Assembly (NCBI RefSeq): GCF_009914755.1
Contig: NC_060936.1
Source of the DNA: the human T2T-CHM13v2.0 reference genome, Homo sapiens
Length of the DNA stretch: 64,000 nt
Direction: 5' to 3' (one strand)
The notes under the pieces were generated by a model. It did no database searches. It was not told the origin of the DNA and worked only from the letters and a program-made list of their open reading frames with translations. Both the position numbers and the translations under genes were made by a program. Numbering within the stretch: the stretch's first letter is position 1; each line of letters opens with the position of its first letter. Shown piece after piece: positions 55,157-64,000 of the stretch.

Positions 55157-55895
55157 GGAAAAACAGTATGGAAATGTTTCAAATAATAAAAAATAGAACT
55201 ACCATTTGACCTGGCAATTCCATCACTCGGTATCTATCCAAAGAAATCATTTTCTCAAAAAGACATGTGCACTTGTATGTTTATTGCCACACTATTCACA
55301 ATAGCGAAGTCATAGAATCAACCTAAGTGTCCATTAATAGTTGATTAAATAAAGAAAATGTAACATGTTTATATATATGGAATACTATGCAGCCATATTA
55401 TAGATATATGGAATACTATATATAGTGTATATGTATAAAATACTATATATATAGCATATATATATAAAATACTATATATATTATATGGCTGTACATTCTG
55501 TATATATAAAATGGCTAATATGGAAACTATTATTTATATATATAAATTATATATGTGGGATACTATGCAGCCATAAAAAATGAAATTATGTTTTTGCAGC
55601 AAGCTGAGTGGAGCTGAAAGCCATTATCCTAAGTGAAACAACTCAGAAAGTCAAATACCACATATTCTCAAATATAAGTGGAAGCCAAACAGTGAGTATA
55701 CCTGGAAACAAGGATGGAAATAATAGACTCCAAAAGTGAGAGAAATGGAGGAGAGTAAGGGTGAAAAAACTACCTTATCACAAACTATGTTCACTATTTG
55801 GGTGATAGGTTAGCTAGAAGCCCAAGCCTCACCATTATGCAACATTCCCATGTAACAGACTTGCACATGTACCCCAGGAACCTAAAATTTAAAAA
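55157..55895 (+). mobile_element. Old L1 3' fragment (L1PA16/L1MA class) with scrambled AT-rich expansion at about 55365-55560
   Basis: tagaactaccatttgacc...gcacatgtaccccaggaacctaaaatttaaaaa. Confidence 0.85.
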
Positions 55896-55896
55896 T

Positions 55897-56123
55897 ACCT
55901 TTCCCAACCTCTGGTAACCATCTTTCTACTCTTTATGTCCATGAGTTCAATTGTTTTGATTTATATAGATCCCACATATAACTGAGAACTGATCCCACAA
56001 GTAACTGATGTGATGTTTGTCTTTCTGTGTTTGGCTTATTTCACTTAGTGATCTCCAGTTCCATCCATGCTGTTGCAAATGATGATCTCATTTTTTTAAA
56101 TGGTTGAATAGTACTACATTGTA
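55897..56123 (-). mobile_element. L1MA-type fragment, antisense
   Basis: cctctggtaaccatc...tttgtctttctgtgtttggcttatttcacttag...ccagttccatccatg. Confidence 0.8.
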
Positions 56124-57224
56124 AGGAAATACACAGGAAAAAGTATTTCATAGGATCCTTATAAGTGAGATGGTATTATTAAAGGTACCCTGTAAGCTGG
56201 AAATGAGCATTATATAGATGAGGTGCTATTTAGCCTGGCATATATTATCTTTTACCTTGTATAATTAGTTTTTTAAGAATTCTCAACTAATCTCTAGTTC
56301 AAACTGTGATGCTGGCTGCTTGCATGGTGAAGATGGAGAGTACTCTCTTTTGAAGGCATACCTCCTTTAGTGGATGGAGCCAGGATGAGACCAGGAGTGA
56401 CAGAGTGACATTTTCTGATGTGAGCTGGCCCTATATTGCTGCTAGAGGATGGCTCTGGTCTTCTCTAGTTCTTTCTGGCTCTATGTGGTGCTGGTGACCT
56501 TTGCAGTTATGCATATGGTTGTTTAGGACAGTGTTCAAATTGACCTGGTGCACTTGATGAAAGAAGATCTTCTTAGAGAATTATGTTAGCCTTTAATCTT
56601 GACCGCAGCACCAAATCCTTACAGGGAATGGTATCTCCTCACATGATCTGTCATCGATGTTACAGCTCTATGGATTCATTTCTCCTTCTAATCCCCTTTC
56701 TCCTATATGTGAAGCCATATGAATTAGCTTTGTAACCTCTCCAAGGGCTATGGATAACTGGGATAGAGGTACCCTATTCTTCCCCAACCACCACTAGCTC
56801 CCCGCGGGGCAATTCTATACTACACCTCTATGTTATTCTGGTTCTGGGGCTTTTCCAACAAGCTGCTTACTTCAGGAATCTCCAGATGAGAAGTAAACAT
56901 CAGTTTTTGTGTTTAGAAAAAAGCTCCATGCTTTCACAAATACTCTAAACTCTTCCACACCCTCCCTACATGGAAGGCAGCAAGTACTGAGGTTGCTGAA
57001 TTGCAAAGGCCTCCAACGTCTCCTTCCCATGTACACCTCCAATGTCTTCAATTAATTCTTGTGAAGTCCCGTCTCTCTTCACATGGCTTGGAGATAAATT
57101 GTGCTCAAGACCATAGGGTTGGTTCTGTTATTTTTCAATATGTTTAAGGGAAAATATCTGGAGTTTTGGGACAATAGTTAAATCTGGTGTAACCACCATT
57201 TATGAATAATAATAATAAGAAGTT

Positions 57225-57356
57225 TACTGAGAATGATGGTGCTAGATGATGAGTTAGTGGGTGCAGCACACCAGCATGGCACATGTATACGTATGTAACT
57301 AACCTGCACAATGTGCACATGTACCCTGAAACTTAAAATATAATAATAAAAAAAAG
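57225..57356 (+). mobile_element. Miniature 5'-inverted (twin-primed) young L1PA2/3-type insertion
   Basis: Inverted L1 piece agtttactgagaatgatggt (57221-57240), then L1 3' end and A tail; TSD aagaagtt at 57217-57224 and 57357-57364. Confidence 0.88.
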
Positions 57357-57470
57357 AAGAAGTTGCTCTGTTACTTAGTAGTTACCATGCAGAACTTTTA
57401 AAAAAAGATATTCATATAATGTCTATCATAGAGCAAGGACTAATAAGGTTTTGCTAATTGAGGAAAGTAC

Positions 57471-57935
57471 TGTATCATATAGCATTCTCCAGAGAGACAG
57501 ACAGACAGAGAGAGAGATTTTAAATAAAGAACTGGCTTATATCTCACATGACTGTGGGGTCTGGCAAGTCTAAAACATGTAGGCAGGTTGACAGAAAGTC
57601 TAGAAATTCAGGTGAGTGTTGATATTATGGTCTTGAGTCTGATATTCAAAGATATCTGACCAGCAGGCTAGAAATTCTGTCAGGATTTCTGTATTATAGT
57701 CTTGAGGGAGAAATTTTTCTTCTCCAGGGAACCTCAGTTTTTGTTCTTAAAGCCTTCAGCTGAATGGATAAAGCCCTTTACATTATGGAGGGTAACATGC
57801 TTTACTTAAAATCAACTGATTGTAAATAGTAATCACATCTACAAAATGCCTTCACAGCAATATCTAGACTAGTATCTGGCCAAACAACTGAGCACCATAG
57901 CCTAACCAAGTTGATACAGACAATTAACAACTGCA
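57471..57935 (-). mobile_element. MLT2-type (ERVL) solo LTR
   Basis: attctccagagagacag...ccttcacagcaatatctagactag...cctaaccaagttgatac; 5-bp TSD agtac/tgtac with one mismatch. Confidence 0.8.
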
Positions 57936-58039
57936 TGTACTGTATAATTCATAATATGCATCATAGATATTATTTAATTTTACACTTAAGACACCTAGTT
58001 TTGCTCCATCTAGTTTTCATAGTAACTATAAGAAGCAGA

Positions 58040-58180
58040 ACTTCTTCCTTTCCTTCACTATTGTACATATGAGGAACTTGATAAGAGAGTAAGTGCCTGA
58101 AATCACACAAGCAGATAATGACAAAGTAGGACTTGAACTCAGGTCTTCTGACTTCAGAGCCCATATTTTCTCCCTTGTCA
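58040..58180 (-). mobile_element. MIR fragment
   Basis: atatgaggaacttga...aggacttgaactcaggtcttctgacttcagagccc. Confidence 0.65.
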
Positions 58181-58437
58181 TCAGTGTCTGTCAATAAATA
58201 TTTCATGATTGGTTTATTTGTTGATGATCAGTTTGTACAAGAGCACAATAAAAACATAAAATTAAAAAGAAATAAAATGGTTAAATTAGTAGAAAATCTA
58301 TGACTACTGAGAGGAAAGGGAGAAAAATAAATTCCATTGGCTAGCAGAGTACTTGGCTTTAGCTTAAATTCCTGAAGATAAAATTTGGAGTTTAACAGTC
58401 TTATATAAAATTTTGAAAATTGAAAGATGTTTTTCTG

Positions 58438-58809
<372 letters not shown>

Positions 58810-59784
58810 TTAATTTCTCATTACATAGGAAATCTAAACTTCAACAACTAAGTTTGCTTTCCCTGAGGAAAAATCTTATTGAAATTTATTTTCTCTTTCC
58901 CCCCACCAAATCCTTATTATTAGAAGGAGTCAAATATAAAAAATTTGCCTCTTAAAAAAATTTTTAGATTAATGCTTGCCCCACCATTACCGCTTTTGTT
59001 TTTTTGCTGTTGGTATCCTTAAGAGTTTCAGATCGTGCTGTCCCCTGTGCTAGGAGCTTGTCAGGAGCAAGCAGAGCTGCTGACATGGGCCTGTTAATTA
59101 GAGTGGTAACAAGGCAGGTGTGCCAACAAGACATCAGCTGGCGAAGATGGATAATCATGCCCTCACTGTTACCTCACAAGAACAAAAAAGCTTGTACATG
59201 AGAGCATCAATCATTGTGATTGTCTCATGTTCCAAAAACTGGAAACAAATGACCTGTTAGGCAGACTTCCAGATTCTGGCCTCCTCAGCAGTCTCTAAAT
59301 CATTGCTCATTTTAAGAGGAGGGTGAAGAAAACGTCCCTGGTTGCTCATTTTAAAAAGGAAAATACCAGTGCTTTATGTTTCAGATGATTGTTTCAGTAC
59401 TTTCACAAATGAATCTCTTGACATTGTTGGTAGAAAAATGAGAACAAGATGAACACAAAAAATGACCAATGCTTAAGGATTAATAAGGACTAACACATCC
59501 CAGTGTTTCGAATGGTGTAATGCGATAACTTGATGCTCTACACTAAGTCCTCAACATACAGTTAGTTCCTTTTCAAATCTTTCAAGAAGTTTCTTAACAA
59601 TAACGTAGGTGATTTTGTGTAGTAGATGAGTTTTGCTCACTTTGACTCACAAAGAAATTGGTTTCTTTGATTCAGAAAAATGTTAGAGACATCAAATGCT
59701 TAAGATACCAAGGATTTCTGGCTAAATAAATGAAATGCTAACATATTTCTCAAGATCTTTGTTAAACTAGAATCTTCCTTTTCT

Positions 59785-60033
59785 AGGGAACACTTTTACA
59801 CTGCTGGTGGGAATGTAAACCAGTACAACCAGTATGGAGATTCCTTAAAGAACTAAAACTAGAACTACTGTCTGATCCAGCAATCTTGCTACTATCTACC
59901 CAGAAAAAGAGAAGTCTTTATATGAAAAAGATGCTTGCACACGCATGTTTATAGCAGCACAATTTACAATTGCAAAATTATGGAATCAGTGTAAATGCCC
60001 ATTAACCAATGAGTGGATAAAGAAAATGTGGGG
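59785..60033 (+). mobile_element. L1PB-type fragment, broken off at a TA microsatellite
   Basis: acactgctggtgggaatgtaaac...gcacacgcatgtttatagcagcacaatt...gagtggataaagaaaatgtgg; the rest of the 3' end is absent. Confidence 0.85.
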
Positions 60034-60120
60034 TATATATATATATATACTTGTGTATATATATATACATGTGTGTATATATATGTGTGTGTGTATATAT
60101 ACACACGTATATATATATAT
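60034..60120. repeat. Compound (TA)n/(TG)n microsatellite
   Basis: Read directly from the sequence. Confidence 0.9.
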
Positions 60121-60126
60121 TTAACT

Positions 60127-60237
60127 GATTCTTGTGCCTTAGCCTCCTGGGTAGCTGGGATTACAAGTCCCCACCACCATGCCCGGCTAATTTTTGTATT
60201 TTTAGTAGAAACTGGGCTTCACCATGTTGGCTGGGCT

Positions 60238-60243
<6 letters not shown>
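60127..60243 (-). mobile_element. Internal Alu fragment (no ends, tail or TSD); resembles an inverted copy of 58518-58633
   Basis: 108/116 identity by hand alignment, with shared non-consensus bases. Confidence 0.85.
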
Positions 60244-60331
<88 letters not shown>

Positions 60332-60352
60332 TAGATAGATAGATAAATAGAT
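60241..60352. repeat. (CT)17(AT)13(AG)13 followed by (ATAG)n compound microsatellite
   Basis: Read directly from the sequence. Confidence 0.95.
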
Positions 60353-61042
60353 AATATATATTTTATCAGTAGGCAAACTGCCTACTGATAACAGCTTGCA
60401 TTGTGTGTTTTGGTTTGAGTATTTTCACTAATCCTGTCTGCCCCAGCACCAATGTTATAAAACTCAATGTTATAAAACTCGTCTACTTAGTTTTTAATTT
60501 TAGATATTATATTTTCCTTGCTAGAATATCTATTTGATTTTTTTCATAGATTCAAGTTCTCTAGTGAGATATTCTATTGTTTTATCCTCTTTTTCTTTAT
60601 TTCTTTGAAGTTTACACATATATTTTACTTTAATATCAACTTTTATTGAAGTATAATATACATATGAAAACTCATACATGCAACTCAATGCATTTTTAAA
60701 ATTTAATTAGCACCCAAATAAAGAAGCAGAACATTATCAGAACCTCAGAAATTCCATTTTACCTGTTTCAAGTCATTGTCTCCCAAGACTGACCCCTAAT
60801 ACCATAGTTTTTTTGGCCAATATTTTATAGTTTTGACTTGAATGAGGCAATATTATATGGTTCATCCTAATAACGACCAAACCTATATATTGGCTCTGGA
60901 TATGCTTTAGAAGGGCTTAACTTGCTCATGAAAATCTTCTAATTATGTTTCAGATGAAAAAAGATATGTAAAAAGTCTTCCTAAAGTGGGATTCATACAG
61001 TCAGATTATTTCTTTTTGAAAGACAGGTTTATTATTGAAAAT

Positions 61043-61218
61043 GAGGAAGTCATTCTTTTCTTGGAAGGGTGTAAGATCTAATCACGTCTTAGTTGACTAA
61101 TGAAGTTCCTCTTCTTTGGATGTTGTGGGAGAGGACATCATTCTCTTCTCGGAAGGGTGTAAGATCTAATCAAGTATTGGTTGACGGATGAAGTTCCTCT
61201 CCTTTGAATGTTGTGGAA
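61043..61218. repeat. Two-copy 88-bp tandem duplication (76/88 identical)
   Basis: Units 61043-61130 and 61131-61218 share ggaagggtgtaagatctaatca and atgaagttcctct. Confidence 0.9.
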
Positions 61219-63045
61219 ACTTCCCAGTGCAGGATGACCTCCATTTTTTTCCTTAAAATCTTATATAAGTCATAATCCCAGTCCGAGAAGTCTTCTCCTT
61301 TGATCTTATTAAGAAAAATAGATTGAGACACCCTAGACCTCAAAATAAGCCTTCTGGTTCCACTTGGGCAAAATATGATTGCAGCCAAGCGCAAGAGGGA
61401 TTTCAATAGCTTAGAGACTCATGGTCCACTGGACCTTGGAATCTTGTTGGAGGCTTTGAAATATTTATAATTAGTCACCATATTTAGAACTGAGGAATCT
61501 CTATATTTCTGTAACATGTGGTAGGTTATTAATCATTGTATAGATTTGAAATTATTGATTTTAGACTGTTAATTTCATTTTAAAGAGATCAACAGGGAAT
61601 TAATATCCTTCTAGTAATTTTGGTTGAACTGTCACTGGAGGTGAACTTGTTATCCTGAGGGGAAATTTGTCCTTGGGTTCTTCTGAATTGCCTGGTTCAT
61701 TTGTTTCTTTAGCAACGTTGTCAGCTTTTCCTTAAGGGCTGGTTTATGTGTCAAGGACTTCACTAGGAATAGAACAGGGAAATCTTGCACAGGGCCCTGG
61801 AAGAGCCAGTGGGGAGGAAATGTATGCAATTCCCAGAGCTTAATGAATAGACTGTCTCTATGTACATCTCCTTTGTTCATGAGTTTCCTGTTGCCATTTT
61901 AACTTTAAAAGTTAAAGCGACAATGTTGTAATAATTTTCAAAAGTGAGTTACAAGAGCATAGTAATATAGGAATAGAAAGTGAGTTCAGAGTCTGGTGGC
62001 AAAGACAATGACATAGAGATAACTGATGAACGGCACGATTAGCAGGTGCCCTGCACAGCTGTACTCTCAGCACTGGAGTTCTCAGCAGGGGAGTCCCAAA
62101 GTGTTGGAAATTGAGTCTCCTGATAAAATGACCACAGCAAGAAAATCATAGACAAAGAACCCTTTGGGAAGTGCCTCTGGACCCCACTTGAACTGTTCAC
62201 GCTTGATGGAGATATTTCAATCAAGCTTAAGCAGATACAGCTGGGCTCTCTAGTCTCTCAGCGACACAACCATTATGCACCACCACCTCAAAAAAAAAAT
62301 TGCCAGTGACTTCTTTGAGTAGCCAATGCTCTATCTGTATAGTAACTCATTCATGTTAGAGTAGCTAGCTGGGGGTTTATTATTTTGTAAATCAACGTAT
62401 GTCATGATTACAGTTTTAAAAAATGCATCTCCTAGATGATAAAATAATCACTTTACTTTTAGAAATGTTATTTTTAGTTTTATATTCTAACATATACAGA
62501 CAACTGTGCCCTTTTCTAGGAATAACATCAAGTGACCACAACCTTAGGAAATAAATACCTTTTACTTGGTAAATAATTCAACTTCTTGGCTTCATTTTTA
62601 TCCAGGACAATCCTCAAACCTTACTGCTGCAGAGCAAATTTATTTCTCCAGTAAAAAAAGAGAACTTTTGATCATCATAGTAAACACTATCCCTTATACA
62701 TACAGCCAGAAAAATCTGAGGCAGGAAAAAACATTATTTGAAGATACTAAGTATCCATTTACTATTTTATTTAGAGCAAGAGAGAAGTTTTGTTTGTTTG
62801 ATTTCTCAGTGAGGACTAGTGACTGCTAAGGAGAAAAACTAACCAATTGTGAAAGTGGGCTGAACATCTGCAGCAAATCTATTCCTATCTCAGATCAATT
62901 TATTAAAATGTAGCTCTTTTCTACTTTATTACATATACCTGTGTGCTTTTTTCTTGGACTATTGCCTAAATTAAATACACAAATCTTAGAATATTTCCTA
63001 TTTTACCTATTCAAAACCATTTCTCTATCAGTTATCATTGCAGTT

Positions 63046-63503
63046 CATATTAGTGTTGTAGGGCCACTGCAACAATGTACCACAAATTGGATGGCTTACA
63101 ACAAAAGAAATTAATTATCTCACAATTTTGGAAGCAGAGGTCTGAAATCAAAGGTGTGGGTGGCCACACTTTCTGCTCATGATTTAGAGGAGGATCTTCC
63201 TTGCCTAGCCTCGCCTCTGGCAGCTCTAGGCACTTTTTGGCTTATGACTGGGTAAGTCTTATCTTTTTCTCCATTTTCACATGGCCTTCACCTCTGTGTC
63301 TGTGTCTTCTCCTCTTCAGTCTGTTACAAGAGCACGTGTCAGGATTTAGGGCCTACTCAAATAATCCAGGATGATCTCATCTGAAGATCCTTAATTAAGT
63401 TACATTTGCAAAGAACACTTTTTCCAAATAAAATAACATTCACAGGGCCTGGGTATTACCGTGTAGACATATGTTTCTTGGGACCACCATACAACCCACT
63501 TTG
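63046..63503 (-). mobile_element. MLT1C/D-type MaLR solo LTR
   Basis: taccacaaattggatggcttacaacaa...ataatccaggatgatctcatct...acatttgcaaagaac. Confidence 0.8.
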
Positions 63504-63798
63504 TGGTACAATGACTGGGGATATTTAGTGTTACCTGAGAGCAGTATAGAGAAGAGGAAAGGGGGCTAAGGACACTTAAGGAGAGTATAACAGAACTAAT
63601 TAGGCAGCACAGCTCCCATGAAGGAAGGATTATCCAGGTGACAAGTGGCATTTATTAGCAGTCTAGGATATGTGTAGCTATATATTAGGTGCTGTACATT
63701 TAGGAGGTCAGCATAGTTATCACCCTCAGAAAGCTGACAGAGGCAGACTAAAGGGTGGAATCTCAGAATGCCATTATTTACTCAAAGTATGACCTTCT

Positions 63799-64000
63799 CT
63801 GAAGTCTGGGCAACAGAAGGACAATGTGGACGAGCAATGAATGCCCATCGTATTCAAATTAAACTAAAGGATTCCGCCTCCTTTCCCTACCAAAGGCAGT
63901 ACCCCCTTAGACATGAGGCCCAACAAAGACTCCAAAAGATTAAGGACCTAAAAGCCCAAGGCCTAGTAAAATCATGCAGTAGCCCCTGCAATACCCCAAT
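63799..64000 (+). mobile_element. HERV-W (HERV17)-like pol fragment, 5'-truncated, runs off the window
   Basis: Frame from 63801 reads EVWATEGQCGRAMNAHRIQIKLKDSASFPYQRQYPLRHEAQQRLQKIKDLKAQGLVKSCSSPCNTP, the N-terminus of a gammaretroviral RT matching recalled HERV-W/MSRV pol. Confidence 0.85.

Noticed and set aside
56280-57180. Moderately GC-richer stretch that may be an old LTR
   Set aside because: I could not identify termini, a TSD or a family; it needs a Dfam search.
61043-61218. CRISPR-like or other prokaryotic array
   Set aside because: There are only two adjacent units and no spacers, and the whole window is primate DNA.
61590-61785. Minus-strand acceptor-like site (tttccctgttctattcctag, AG at 61763-61764) followed by short open frames
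   Set aside because: The frames stop quickly and match no protein I recognise. A non-coding exon cannot be excluded without RNA data.

Overview
This is AT-rich primate genomic DNA, probably great ape or human: it has AluY, a young L1PA2/3-type element lacking the ~128-bp 5'UTR segment, and HERV-W-like pol. It is dominated by transposable elements. I can support no host protein-coding exon or RNA gene, and every long ORF in the track comes from L1 or Alu. Main content: (1) a near full-length L1PB (11064-17153) carrying an LTR22-like solo LTR, a poly(A)-only insertion and a deletion of the endonuclease domain; (2) an L1PA4-like element (28661-40849) with a full-length younger L1PA2/3 nested in the opposite orientation (30507-36531); (3) a third full-length L1PA4/5-like element with no target-site duplication (46931-53024); (4) a truncated L1 with a clear 3' transduction; (5) a tiny twin-primed L1; (6) a cluster of repair scars at about 60.0-60.5 kb; (7) a 5'-truncated HERV-W-like pol at the right edge. 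The most unusual signal is that the three neighbouring L1PA copies have different flanks and subfamily diagnostics, yet share a patchwork of private non-CpG substitutions. These include two identical nonsense mutations and one 298/300-bp identical tract. This points to local inter-element gene conversion or, alternatively, an assembly/polishing artefact. Subfamily names and consensus comparisons are from memory and need RepeatMasker/Dfam confirmation. Boundaries of old repeats are approximate.
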